DNA of 64,000 nucleotides from Octopus vulgaris (Eukaryota): NCBI GenBank assembly GCA_951406725.2, contig OX597820.1, positions 31,868,001 to 31,932,000 of the forward strand, read 5' to 3'. Shown piece by piece: positions 30,002 to 44,987 of this stretch (position 1 is its first letter; each line of letters starts with the position of its first letter). The notes under the pieces were generated by a model. It saw only the letters and a program-made list of their open reading frames with translations, ran no database searches and was not told where the DNA came from. The position numbers and the translations under genes were made by a program.

Positions 30002-30195
<194 letters not shown>

Positions 30196-30399
30196 TTATC
30201 ATGGCTTCCTCACAGAAAATCTCTATAGATTATAAACTGGGTAGCAATGCACCCCGGCGTTGCCCGGGTGCTATGACCTATAGGCACATAGTATTATTTC
30301 TTCCTTTGTTATGGGCAGAATCGGCACACGAGGAGTATAAAGCAAAGAACTCTTCTTTATAAACATGTTTTTCGGTCATTTTCTGATGAACAACGCTGC

Positions 30400-30535
30400 A
30401 ATTTCCGTCTACCAAATTCAGTTACTAGTCTGTGGTTGGCTTAGGGCTATAGTAGAAAACACTTGCCCAAGGTACCATGCAGAGAGACTGAACATGGGGC
30501 CATGTGGTTGGGAAGCAAACTTCTCGACTACACGG
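30400..30535 (-). mobile_element. SINE family B 5' fragment
   Basis: tttccgtctaccaaattc...acacttgcccaagg...ggaagcaaacttct. Confidence 0.7.
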
Positions 30536-30575
30536 TCATTCTTGCGTTCATATCTGTATGTGTTTGTGTGTTTGT

Positions 30576-30704
<129 letters not shown>

Positions 30705-30800
30705 TACATTTATTGTTAAATCGAGTATTGTGTCCCACTATGTCTCAAAGTTCACCAAGCAGAGATCTATAAAATAAATGCCAGATTGAAATACGTACTG

Positions 30801-31031
30801 AGGTGAGCCGGCAGAAACGTTAGCACGCTGGGCGAAATGCTTAGCTGTATTTCGTCTGCCGTTACGTTCTGAGTTCAAATTCCGCCAAGGTCAACTTTGC
30901 CTTTCTTCCTTTCGGGGTCGATAAATTAAGTACCAGTTACGCACTGGGGTCGATGTGATCGACTTAATACCTATGTCTATCCTTGTTTGTCCCCTCTATG
31001 TTTAGCCCCTTGTGGGCAATAAAGAAATAAG
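30801..31031 (+). mobile_element. SINE family A, full length
   Basis: ggtgagccggcagaaacgttagc...gagttcaaattcc...aataaagaaataa. Confidence 0.85.
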
Positions 31032-31221
31032 TATGATCAATTAAATTTTTGAAGGTGATACTCCATCATGGCCGACAGTACACTATATGTACATCTCACT
31101 CTACTTGACTTCCAGCAATTAACACTTGTTATTTGAAGCTGAATGGTTAGCGGTATGAAAGATGTCCAGATTTCTTTAAAAATTATTTCACCACAAGTAT
31201 TTTTTCACCACAACAAACAAC

Positions 31222-31320
<99 letters not shown>

Positions 31321-32039
31321 TGTCTCTGTGGTAACTTGAGCTACTACAAATAGCAGCCAAATCTCTCTTCAAACACACCCTTTCATCAAAAGAAAGATTA
31401 TATAATGAGTTTGCTACATCAGAGGCAACGCTGGGCTAAACAAAACACAAAAAAAAACATACTCCACATTAAAAGATTATCTACTAAATAATACTAATAA
31501 AGTTGACTGTATGTCTTCGTAGTTTCATTCCCTGGCAAAACTCCATGTATTTTAAACATTTTCTCATTATGCTCTGTGTAAGACAAAATTTGTTCAGGCA
31601 GAGTTTCTTCCCTTCGCTAAAGACCTCAAAATTGTGCGACCCGACCTTGTTTTCGTTATCATTTTTGTAGTTAAAAAGAGTTGTTGTGCCATAAACATTC
31701 TTTATCTTGTAGCCGAAAGATTACTGAATCTTTTGATACTTCATACATCAAAATCGGCAACTCAGTTTTCGAATTCATAAGGAACATACTCGTACACACA
31801 CGCGTACTCGTGCGCGCACTCTGTTTTATTATATAAGAAGATTAAGGACAACGCCGGCTTGGCTGGAAGAAAATATATAGTAGTGAAAGTAATGTTTTGC
31901 ATTAAACAGACATGTAGATAAGTTCTAAATAAAAAATGCTGGCACTTGCTTCGAAGGTTCGGCTAACCTGCTTGAAATAGACTGATTGTTCTTCAAATGA
32001 ATCCTTAACTGTTTTATTTATAACTATTCTTAAAAATAT

Positions 32040-32242
32040 ATACATGGCCAGTTTTCCGGATTCTGTGGGGCTTATATTTCACCCCACGGACAGGACACTG
32101 GCCTGTCGCAGGTTTCCTCATTTTTGCTTGCTGGGTGAACCATAACAACGTGAAAGGAAGTATTTTGCACACTACACACCGACCTGTCCAGAAATCGAAA
32201 ACATAATCTTACGACCATGTCTGCAGCATCTTAACCACTGAG

Positions 32243-32300
<58 letters not shown>

Positions 32301-32572
32301 ACACACACATCCAGTTGATCTGATCAACAGAGCAGCCTGCTCGAGCAACTGACGTGCATGTGGCTGAACACTCCACAGACACGTGTACCCCTAACGTAAT
32401 TCTCAGGGAGATTAAGTGTGAAATATAGATATGACTCATTTTTGCCCGCTGAATGGACTGGAGCAACGCAAAATAAAGCGTCTTTCTCAACAACATAATG
32501 TGCCACCGGTAATCGAAACCACGACCTTTCAATCGTGAGCCGAATACTCTAACACTTCACCATGGACCTTCA
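32040..32572 (-). mobile_element. Two degraded tRNA-derived (V-domain-like) SINEs
   Basis: Minus-strand heads with B-box-like ggtttcgatt at ~32190-32245 and ~32505-32572; related to the 8500 family. Confidence 0.55.
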
Positions 32573-32824
32573 CATATTTTTTTGCACACGCACACACACA
32601 TGCATATATTAGAGCTATTTTGATGTGCAATTGCAACATGGAAATACCCTTTGTATGTTAAAACAACCGCAATGATGTTTTACACGAAATTAATATAAAT
32701 CTCCTCGCATCACTCACTGGGTTATTGAATACTAAATCTGAAAGATTGTTATTACTGTTCAACAAACTTCAACAGCGAAGTAAAACTTTGAAGTTACTGT
32801 TCCTTCATACTTCTAAGAAATAAG

Positions 32825-32975
32825 ATGTGGGTAGAAGCTTGCTTCCCAACCACATAGTTCCAGGTTCAGTTCTGCTGCGTGGCACCTTGGGTAGGTGTCT
32901 TCTACTATAGCCTTGGGCCAACCAAAGCCTTGTGAGTGGATTTGGTCGACGGGAACTGAAAGAAGCCTGTCGTAT
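32825..32975 (+). mobile_element. SINE family B 5' part
   Basis: agaagcttgcttcccaaccac...ccttgtgagtggatttgg...gaaagaagcctgtcgtata. Confidence 0.75.
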
Positions 32976-33324
32976 ATATTCAACCCATTGCAGATTTGCA
33001 TGGTTTGAAACACGAGTAATAGACAAAAGTTGGTAACTAAAAGGGTGCTTCCACTATTCCATTACCATAGGGCTTTTAAGTAGATGGGTTGAAAAATGAG
33101 ATCATCCTAACGAGAGATCTTTACATCATTGGATTATAGCGATAAACGCTTATACAACACGAGGACCACTCTCTGAGTGTCTGTGATTAGTACATAGTTA
33201 CCGGCCGAAGCGAGATGTTCAATAATTACCTGAAATCGTAAGTTTTACATCAAATGCGCGCCTTCACACCAACCAAAAGGTATTTCTACATCCTCGCGTT
33301 CATCACATATGCTAGTTAGCCCCA

Positions 33325-33455
33325 TCTGAGACCCTAACTAGTGTTACTACTCCGAGTCAGAGTAAAGCTGGGAGCTATGGTATCTAAGGAGTATTTCCAA
33401 ACTACTTGGAACTTCCGAATCAGGGCCCCACTACCGGATGCAGTTTAAAGTTATA
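33325..33455 (+). mobile_element. Short interspersed repeat family E
   Basis: Similar to 26760-26908. Confidence 0.55.
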
Positions 33456-33821
33456 CACACATAGGCATGCGTACATAAGTACATACACACATACACACAT
33501 ACATAAAGACATACATATACATACATACATGCTCATAATGCAGAACATCATACATGCAGGCAGACATGCATGCATGCAAGCATACATACACACATGCGTT
33601 GATGTATAAACGAACGGAAATAATATATTAAATACAAATTAATAGAAAACAAACCAATGAACAAAACAAAACAATTACCGAACAATTCTAAAAAATAAAA
33701 CAAACGGGGAAAATAACCACGAAAGAAATAACATTATATTTAATAGATTAATCAAAGAGTCAACAAAAGTCAAAACAAACAGAATCAAACAAAATATTCC
33801 GAAACAGCCACACACATATAC

Positions 33822-33886
<65 letters not shown>

Positions 33887-34251
33887 TATATGGCTGTTTC
33901 GGAATATTTTGTGTGTATGTATGTATGTATGTATGTATGTATGTATGTATGTATGTATGTATGTATGAATGTATGTATGTATGTATTTATGCGTGTATGT
34001 GTGTATACAACAACCCAACATAAACAACACCATATAACGAGAAAATTATAACAAATGGTTATAAAGATTTGATTGAAACTTAAAGTCATCAGACGGTTCT
34101 TACAATTAAACTAAAACAATAGGAGCGGTCGAAAGATTTCTAAACCGTTTTGTCGTCGATTTTACAAAAGTTTTAGGTGCGGCCATATTAACTTCACTAA
34201 GAGGATGAAAATGACGGATTTTCTGTCGTCTGGTAATTTTTTTCCCACTCT

Positions 34252-34289
<38 letters not shown>

Positions 34290-34296
34290 AGTTTCA

Positions 34297-34385
<89 letters not shown>

Positions 34386-34542
34386 CATTAATAATGTTAT
34401 TATTATTATTATTATCAATTTTTTCGCCCTGTTCTCTCCTACTTTAGAAATTCTTATTTTGTGTCCTCGTATTTTGTTGCATTGAGAAAATTGCTATATA
34501 ATTAGTGAAATATTTAGGGGATGTGAAAAAATCCCCACCACA

Positions 34543-34591
<49 letters not shown>

Positions 34592-34962
34592 TCACTACCA
34601 TGTGTATGTTGGCAAACGTGTCATGATTGTATGCGTGTGTGTGGGTGAGTGTGCGTGTACTGGCAGGTAAAAATGCTTGTGCATGTATGTGTAAGTATGC
34701 ATGAATTTATTAAACACACACACACACACACACACATACACACATACGCATGTGCATGGGTTTTTGTGATTGTGCGTGCGTGTATGTTGAAGTGCAAACG
34801 TGTTCCCATAAATGTGCAATAACCTATATGCACACATCTGTACATGTCTCGTATACATATTCCCCCACACACACGCGCTCACACGTATATATGAATTGTA
34901 TATGATTAAGAGAAATCAATCTCCCGCAGTATACAATAAATGCATACAGACACACACATGCA

Positions 34963-35001
<39 letters not shown>

Positions 35002-35064
35002 GTATATATATATATAGGGAAACGGAGGATGAAATATATGCATATATTTAATATACATGCATGA

Positions 35065-35097
<33 letters not shown>

Positions 35098-35125
35098 CGT
35101 GTGTATATATTTGTTTATCTATCTA

Positions 35126-35184
<59 letters not shown>

Positions 35185-35284
35185 GTTTATCTACCCTTTT
35201 ATCCACTGTCCCTTACTCCCTTTTTCTCTTTCTATATATACATACGTACATGCATATACATATAAATATGTATCCGCATATATA

Positions 35285-35324
<40 letters not shown>

Positions 35325-35395
35325 CACGTTTTCATATATCTCTGGAAGACTGTATACGGAGCATTTGCATAATTGTAACATTTCTACACGTGGCA

Positions 35396-35426
<31 letters not shown>

Positions 35427-35682
35427 TAAACATATATGTATATATATATATATTCACATATATGTGTATATATATGTATACACATATATGTGTATATGTG
35501 TGTGTTTATGAAAGTGTATTGATGCAATTAGTAATAATTACAATGCCTCAACTAAAATCTTTTCATCCTTTTTTAATTGCTTAAATAAAAATAATTAGGA
35601 AATTTAACGATCATTTTTTTCCCTCCTTCTTATTCTCTAATGGACAGGGAAGCCATTTTGTTTAATGTTGAAACTATACGTG

Positions 35683-35785
<103 letters not shown>

Positions 35786-36093
35786 GCCTAATGTGTTACG
35801 AATCGTGTATATACATATATATATATATATACACATTCACTCATGTATGCACACATTTCATGCATAAGGATTTTCTTATATATATGCTTAAACATAAATG
35901 CGTACATATACGAATGCAGTCATCATTGCATACATTCAGGTATAAATACGTTGTTACACACACTCACACACACAATTATAAATGCATATATATGTATATT
36001 ATGAATGTATGTATATATGTATGCGTATATATATATATCATATCCATATACAGATGCATCTATATGTACATACGATCATATATACTTTGAAGC

Positions 36094-36140
<47 letters not shown>

Positions 36141-36285
36141 ATAGTTTGTTTTGGTGAAAATGGTTGACGCCTCTCACTCGTTATATTTTTAACATACTTA
36201 TTTTCATAAAGAAATTATGTCAATTTTGATTCCGTTAACCAAGACATAACAATGTTATAGACAACAACAACAACAACAACAACAA

Positions 36286-36356
<71 letters not shown>

Positions 36357-36498
36357 TCTGTTGTCAAAGATCTCACAGGGTCTCTTTCCATGATACTTAG
36401 CATCCAAGTACCAGTCTCAAAATCTTCACTGTCCCCAACAGAGCAGTTTTATGAGTAGGTCCTACCCTGATGTCAATCCTAATGTTTCGATTATAAGT

Positions 36499-36916
36499 GA
36501 GTGAGAGAGAGTAGTGCGTGCCATCACAGTGACACTTGGGTAAAATATACGAAACCCAATATGCTCATCATGATTACCCATCATGACTACCCGTCTGATA
36601 AGGGTACACTAGGCACATGCATCACACCCATATGTGCGCGACATGGTGATCTCATATCAAGATTAAACAGCGCATGACCTTGCAGGTGGGGCCCAGTTAG
36701 AATTTCCTTCAGGTCGAGTAGCCCATCCCGCTCAAAGGGTCCCTGAATAAGGCTTGTTTACGGATATTGAACGAAACACCCATGTTTCCAAAAGTGAATT
36801 ATCCAAACCTCAAAAAATTCCTACCAACACATGGCTATGATGCTCCCCCTGATGGCTATGATGCCCCCAGCCACATGGCTATGATGCCCCCCCCCCATGG
36901 CTATGATGCTCCTCCA
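36499..36916 (-). mobile_element. Family C element, 5'-truncated (left palindrome arm)
   Basis: Reverse complement of the family C 3' part; abuts (TTA)n. Confidence 0.85.
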
Positions 36917-36958
36917 CAAAAATTATAATAATTATTATTATTATTATCATCATCATCA

Positions 36959-37055
<97 letters not shown>

Positions 37056-37407
37056 CATTTTTATTATTACTATTATAATAATAATAATAATTAATATTAT
37101 TATTATTATTACTATTATTATTATTATTATCATTATTATTATTATTATTATTATTATTGTTTTTGTTGCTGCTGCTGTTGCTGCACTATTGTTAAAGAAT
37201 TAGCCAGAGCAAGTTATGTCGAGAGCTCTGAAAGATGAAATGGAAATAACAACAACAACAATAATAATAATAATGATACTAATAATGATAACTTCTTTAG
37301 TGGCTACAAGGGTCGAGAAAACATTGTATGTCTCCACTGGCTTGTTTTTATTCCCAGATTTGACCCTCCATAAATCCAAAATTTTATTTTGGAATTTACG
37401 GGAGCAA

Positions 37408-37464
37408 CTGCCTTCGAAGTCTCATATTGTCATTGAATGCTCGAAATGAGGAATAGATAGACAG
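37408..37464 (+). ncRNA. Degenerate hammerhead-like motif, family F (mirrored at 37873-37929)
   Basis: ctgcc-ttcga-agtc...gctc-GAAA...gacag; core strongly altered. Confidence 0.3.
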
Positions 37465-37607
37465 CTGACAACTGATGAAGGGTCGTTCTTTGTGTTACTT
37501 GTCCTGTTTTTCATTTTTTTTCTCTCTCGTTGTTTGCGTATTTAACTCGTTTGTTTTCGCACTTCATGTTCTTTACACAGTTGGTGACGTCCTGTACTTA
37601 TATATGC

Positions 37608-37729
<122 letters not shown>

Positions 37730-38178
37730 GCATATATAAGTACAGGACGTCACCAACTGTGTATAGAACATGAAGTGCGAAAACAAACGAGTTAAATACG
37801 CAAACAACGAGAGAGAAAAAAACTGGAAAACAGGACAAGTAACACAGAGAACGACCCTTCATCAGTTGTCAGCTGTCTATCTATTCCTCATTTCGAGCAT
37901 TCAATGACAATATGAGACTTCGAAGGCAGTTGCTCCGTAAATTCCAAAATAAAATTTTGGATTTATGGAGGGTCAAATCTGGGAATAAAAACAAGCCAGT
38001 GGAGACATACAATGTTTTCTCGACCCTTGTAGCCACTAAAGAAGTTATCATTATTAGTATCATTATTATTATTATTGTTGTTGTTGTTGTTATTTCCATT
38101 TCATCTTTCAGAGCTCTCGACATAACTTCTGGCTAATTCTTTAACAACAGTGCAGCAACAGCAGCAAGCAACAAAAAC

Positions 38179-38210
<32 letters not shown>

Positions 38211-38326
38211 TAATAATAATAATAATAGTAATAATAATAATAATATTAATTATTATTATTATTATAATAGTAATAATAAAAATGATAATAATAATAATAA
38301 TAATAATGATAATAATAATAATAATG

Positions 38327-38387
<61 letters not shown>

Positions 38388-38432
38388 TGATGATGATGAT
38401 GATAATAATAATAATAATTATTATAATTTTTG

Positions 38433-38848
38433 TGGAGGAGCATCATAGCCATGGGAGGGGCATCATAGCCATGTGGCTGGGGGCATCATAGCCATCAGGG
38501 GGAGCATCATAGCCATGTGTTGGTAGGAATTTTTTGAGGTTTGGATAATTCACTTTTGGAAACATGGGTGTTTCGTTCAATATCCGTAAACAAGCCTTAT
38601 TCAGGGACCCTTTGAGCGGGATGGGCTACTCGACCTGAAGGAAATTCTAACTGGGCCCCACCTGCAAGGTCATGCGCTGTTTAATCTTGATATGAGATCA
38701 CCATGTCGCGCACATATGGGTGTGATGCATGTGCCTAGTGTACCCTTATCAGACGGGTAGTCATGATGGGTAATCATGATGAGCATACTGGGTTTCGTAT
38801 ATTTTACCCAAGTGTCACTGTGATGGCACGCACTACTCTCTCTCACTC
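38433..38848 (+). mobile_element. Family C element, 5'-truncated (right palindrome arm)
   Basis: Mirror of 36499-36916. Confidence 0.85.
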
Positions 38849-38981
38849 ACTTATAATCGAAACATTAGGATTGACATCAGGGTAGGACCTACTCATAAAA
38901 CTGCTCTGTTGGGGACAGTGAAGATTTTGAGACTGGTACTTGGATGCTAAGTATCATGGAAAGAGACCCAATATCATGGAA

Positions 38982-39048
<67 letters not shown>

Positions 39049-39064
39049 TGTATGTATACACGCA

Positions 39065-39650
39065 AATACTTATACAAGCGCATCTTTCTCGGAATATGAG
39101 CTGTTCCGAAGGCAGCGTTTTTGGAGTACCCATTCATCTATTCTGTTGCTCAACCGTCCTAGATGGTGTGACAGTTTTTTGTTATTGAATCCAATAAAGC
39201 TACTACTTTCACTTTTGCTGCTAGACATCCCCTCATTCTCAAACGTCTCTATTCTTTTGTTCTCAGCAATAGTTTGTTTCAAGCAATTCTAACGTCTATC
39301 ACAAGGTACTCTCTTTTTTTTTATATTATAAATAATCATAACTGGTCTGCAGTATTCAATTGTTCTGTGTGTCTGGATGTCAAAATACCATAGAATTTTT
39401 GGTTTACCAAGTTCCTTTTAGAAGTTTTCGTTATTACAACATAGGGGATTCTGCCAGTCATATTTTCTTCAAACTCCACCTCATCTCATACCTGACATTC
39501 CTTTCTTGTACAAGATACTTGTTATTCTCACCTGTTTTTAGAAGTTGTAGGCCTTGGCCATTTATGCTTAGTTTTTATGGGCGAATGGCACAAATTCCCT
39601 TGTGCCAGACCCACAAAAATGGATTTGGACACACTGAGTTTAATTTATTT
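39065..39650 (-). mobile_element. Highly degraded RLE LINE fragment
   Basis: Minus-strand remnants KILWYFDIQTHRTIEYCRP..YLVIDV and AAFGTAHIPRK (cf. ALLGTAHILRR); 3' end runs into (CATA)n. Confidence 0.65.
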
Positions 39651-39962
39651 GTTTGTAGAGTTTGATACATACACACACACGCACACACACACATTACATA
39701 TATTACATATATATATACATACATATATATATGTATACATATTCATAATTACATATGTATATATATATACATATATATGTACAAATATATATAAGAACAC
39801 ATACAGTCTACCATTCCACTTTAGCTAGGATCAGCTATAAAAGTTCTCCGCCCAGTGAGAGATAACTATCATTTAATGTACATAGTATTAGAATATGAGC
39901 TACTAATATTTACATGCCAAAGCGCGTTGTATAAATCTGCTGAATCACCGTGTCTCCATGGC

Positions 39963-40140
39963 ATGAAACTATTAGTATCTCTTCTTTTAATACTGTGCAC
40001 TTTAAATGATAAGAATATGTATATGTATGCACACATAAGTAAAATATATATACATGTATATATAATTATATGTATATGCATATGTTTATATGCATATAAA
40101 TTTATATACATATATGCAAGTATATTATATATATGCATGC

Positions 40141-40209
<69 letters not shown>

Positions 40210-40326
40210 CTTACGCAGCTTTTGTATTTGCTTCTGCTCTGTTCCTGATAAGTATGTCCCTAAATTTCCTTTCTCCCTTTAGGCCCAACCTTAAATAGTT
40301 GTTAGATAATCACAGCGCCAAAAATG
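39963..40326 (+). pseudogene. Candidate exons 1-2 of a small secreted peptide gene (39963-40008; 40283-40326), apparently disrupted
   Basis: MKLLVSLLLILCTLN-G is signal-peptide-like, followed by ATAAGA (GTAAGA donor with G>A?); exon 2 has acceptor tttcctttctccctttag and donor G|GTAAGA; TATAAAAG at 39836 and TATAAAT at 39930. Confidence 0.35.
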
Positions 40327-40390
40327 GTAAGAAAATAGTCTTCGAGTTCCAGTTTTTGAAATTCATCGACAGCGAGGCGTGTCGACAGCC

Positions 40391-40432
<42 letters not shown>

Positions 40433-40989
40433 TGAGAGAGAGAGAGAGAGTCTGTGTGTGCGCGGATATATATATATGCATACATATATATATATAGTTT
40501 ATACATGCGTATATATATATGCATATATACATATATATATATATTCATACACATAAGCATAGATATATACGTATATCTATATATATCATCATATATATAT
40601 ACATATACATACATTTGTGTGTATGTATATATAATAGAAATACATATATATATGCATGCATACATAGATATGTATACACACACACATATATATATACACA
40701 CACATACATATTCAACAGAAGCTACAAAGGGCCCAGACTAGCATGCATGGTACTTATTACTAAACCAATATGTAAGTGTGTGTGTGTCTGTGTGTGTGTG
40801 TGTGTGTGTGCTCGCGTACGTGCGTGTAGTAACTATTGTGTAGATTATAAATTTTGCATTTGTGCTCGCATAAGTGTGCGTATGATATATATCAATATCG
40901 ATACCAATATCAACATATATATACATACATACATACATACATACATACATACATACATACATTACATACATACATACATACATACATAT

Positions 40990-41061
<72 letters not shown>

Positions 41062-42099
41062 GTATGTATGTATTATGTATTTATGTATCTACGTATCTAT
41101 GTATTCCTAGACATAATAGGGAATTTTTGATGCTGTTTTTTAGATCAGTAATGAAGCCGTATATGGGCAACCAATTTACAGAGAAGTGCCATCCAGTAAA
41201 GGGAAACTTATTACTGCTCATAATGAGCTGCGGTACTTCCATCTCTTTGTCCTTGTTGGCACTGGATTTGATGATCATATGTGGAAGAACCTACAGGAAA
41301 ATGTCAAATAGGAAGACAAGGCATCTGGTGCTATCACCGCTCCATGTTTTGATAGGTGGCATTAAAGCTATAGTGAAAAACAAGGAAAAAGGCAAGAAGA
41401 AAAATATAAAGAAGGATGAGCTACTCTAGTAGTGTCGACAGTGCAGCAAATCAAAAATAAAGTTAAATAATGTAAAATAAAATAAAAATAGTAGAGTGCC
41501 ATTATTTTGTATTTCAAGTATAGGAATTCCACTTTGTAATTTAAAGGGAACTGATTTTAATGATCAGGGAGCAGTCAGATAAAAAGCTTGACCATGACTG
41601 CATAATACCCTTATATGATTCTAAGTGGGGTATAGAGATTATGGCTGAACTGAGACATGTACTAATTACTTTTGACTACTGCCGTTCGGCGGGGGAGTTT
41701 ATTATGTAAAGTTGCCAATGTGGCCTTTTGCCAATGTTAAGAAATATAATAATCAACAGATAAGAAAGTGAAAAATTTGTGCTAGCAAATTACTTAAGAG
41801 AATGACTTCATCTCACGCCATGCTTTACATGAAATGGCAGTTATATAATTTTGCTGCCGCAAAACACAAGTTGCCTTCAGCATGACTGTTGGGAGAATTT
41901 AAAGAAGAAAAGAGCACTGCCACTGAATACTTTGGGATTCGGTAGTTTCCATTGTTCTTGAGAAAATAGCGAAGGATGAGATTGTCCCACAATGTAAGCT
42001 GGTATTGGCATTTCAAATTATATTTGTTTGCTGGTATGCACGTAAACTATATGTTCGTATTTATGTATGTATGTATGTATAACTCTCTCTCTCTCTCTC

Positions 42100-42137
<38 letters not shown>

Positions 42138-42222
42138 CATACATATATGTATACACACACCCACACATATATATATATATGTATGTATGTATATATATAT
42201 GTATGTATATACATATATATAT

Positions 42223-42296
<74 letters not shown>

Positions 42297-42361
42297 GTAG
42301 GTAGGTATGCTAATATGTGTATATGGATGAATCTACGTGTATCTATACATATTGGCACACT

Positions 42362-42442
<81 letters not shown>

Positions 42443-42647
42443 CTGTCTATCTATCTATTCTACAAATGTAAGTGTATGTATATATTTTCATATGCATGTC
42501 TGTGAATACACATACCTGTGTGTGTGCATGATTGTATGTACGCATAAATGTGTGTATATATGTCTTCACGTATGCTTGTTTCTAATGTGTATATGTATAT
42601 CTACACACACACACTCACACACACACATACACACACACGCACACACA

Positions 42648-42694
<47 letters not shown>

Positions 42695-43024
42695 CCGTAC
42701 ATATACCTAATATTTACGTCACAGTCTTTCTATGTCCTTCCTTCTACATTAGTTATGTGTGTTTGTAAGTATGCATGCATATTTGTGTATATGCAAGTGT
42801 GTATATATGAACATACATGTGTGTGTATGTGTGTGAGTGCGCGCGCGCATGCATGATTATATGTATACACGCATGTACTCTATATGTATCTATACATATA
42901 TATATAATAAGCAGTATTAGAATAACGATGAAAATTAATGTACTCAATACAATTACAGAGTACATTATTTACTTAAATTAAATTCTATTTCAACGCAACT
43001 CAAATTTCATGTCACTGCGTCCTT

Positions 43025-43078
<54 letters not shown>

Positions 43079-43244
43079 AACACGCACGCGCATATTCGTA
43101 AGATATAAAGAGAAGACGCGAGTTGAGATCACCTACTGCTACAGTAAGGTCGTTCTGCACCAAGTGAGGAAATTGCTGTCGTGCCTCAATCCTTGTATAA
43201 ACATACACACTCACACTCACTCACACACGCAAACACGAACACTC

Positions 43245-43288
<44 letters not shown>

Positions 43289-43331
43289 TTCTATATAAAA
43301 ATGTTTCAATATCTATCTGCCTCTTTCAATG

Positions 43332-43415
<84 letters not shown>

Positions 43416-43484
43416 CATCACACACACATACACAGACCTACACACACATGTCCATATGTATATATGTATATATATATATATATA

Positions 43485-43879
43485 TCTAAATATAAAACTG
43501 AGAATGTGTGTCTGTCTGTCTGTCTGTCTGCTTCCCTAAAACTTGAGAACTGCACAACCAATTTCATTCAAATTTTACACATGCCTTACTTAGGGTCCGG
43601 GGAGTGTCATCGGCAAAAATATTTTTTAACTTTTTGCCTAGGGCGAGCCCACAGCAATATCATATCTTCTCCACTCTGATTCCCTAAAACTTGAGAACTA
43701 CACAACCAATTTCATTCAAATTTTATACATGCCTTACTTAGGGTCCGGGGAGTGTCATCGGCAAAAAAAAGGTTAACTTCTTGCCAAGAGCGAGCCCACA
43801 GCAATATCATATCTTCTCCACTATTTCAGTATTACGTGTTAAAAGTGAAACAAAAACATCTCTCTATAGTATGTATATG

Positions 43880-43936
<57 letters not shown>

Positions 43937-44212
43937 TACAAAATATAAAGTTATACCTTGAGATCGTTAGTGACAACAACTCTCTAAATATATAACAGAC
44001 TGGAATAGTAGTGCTTAAATCAGCTCTATACACTTTTTAATCCGAGGGGAGGCAATGCGAGCAGCAACAACAAGAGCACTACAAAATCCACAGAAAGATC
44101 AAACACATACATATATTCATATATTCATTTATATCTACAGAACAGACATAAAGCCCGACGTTTAGAAATATACTAGCATTATGACCCGACGTTGCCGGGT
44201 CATAATGTTAGT
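43485..44212 (+). mobile_element. Non-autonomous Helitron-like element with internal ~149-bp tandem duplication
   Basis: 5' tctaaatataaaactgagaatgtgtgtctgtctgtc; repeat units ~43531-43679 and ~43680-43823; 3' hairpin gacccgacgttgccgggtc followed by ataatgttag. Confidence 0.65.
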
Positions 44213-44499
44213 ATATTTCTATATATGCGTGCGTATATCTATGATAGTGTATCTACGTGTTCGACTGCGGGCATTTTGACAGTGAGTACTCTATATTTCA
44301 TATACACACACAGATACACAACACTCCTCCCCACACACTGAATATTTACACATATACACATGACTATATAAATTCATAAACATACATACATATTTTTTTT
44401 ATTTACCAAGGCCTATTCCCTATATGTATATATATATGTGTGTGTATGTGTGTGTGTGTGTATAGAATATATTTGTATATACATGCAATTATATAGAAT

Positions 44500-44560
<61 letters not shown>

Positions 44561-44704
44561 ATATACATATATATACTTATATACTTATATAGATAGATAG
44601 ATAAATAGACAGCTAGATAGATGTAATTCATATGATATATATATAAATGTGTGTGTATATATATATATATATATAAATGTGTATATATATAAATATATAT
44701 ATAT

Positions 44705-44910
44705 TCTATATTCTTTTACTTGTTTTAGTCATTTGACTGCGGCCATGCTGGAGAACCGACTTGAAAAGTTTTAGTTGAACAAATCTAGCTCAGGACTTAT
44801 TTTTTGAAGCTAGTACTTATTCCATCGGATCTCTTTTGCTGAACCGCTATTGCACAGGGACATAAACACACCAACAACAGTTGTCAAGCAGTGACGGGGG
44901 GACAAACACA
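44705..44910 (-). mobile_element. SINE family B 3' part
   Basis: ttacttgttttagtcatttgactgcggccatgctgg...gttgtcaagc..gggggacaaacaca. Confidence 0.75.
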
Positions 44911-44916
44911 GCAGTC

Positions 44917-44987
44917 TTCAAGGTCCCAGGTTGTGACAGGAATGTTTCAACAGTTGAAACACTCCTGTCCCAACCTGGGACCTTGAA
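44917..44987. repeat. 71-bp hairpin (35-bp arms, 1-nt centre, 2 mismatches)
   Basis: ttcaaggtcccaggttgtgacaggaatgtttcaac-a-gttgaaacactcctgtcccaacctgggaccttgaa. Confidence 0.9.

Noticed and set aside
30242-30277. Helitron-like 3' hairpin (gcaccccggcgttgcccgggtgc)
   Set aside because: No CTRR terminus or matching 5' end was identified.
36830-36916. Repeat-spacer pattern resembling CRISPR
   Set aside because: 13-bp repeats with 7-10-bp spacers inside a eukaryotic repeat, and no cas genes.
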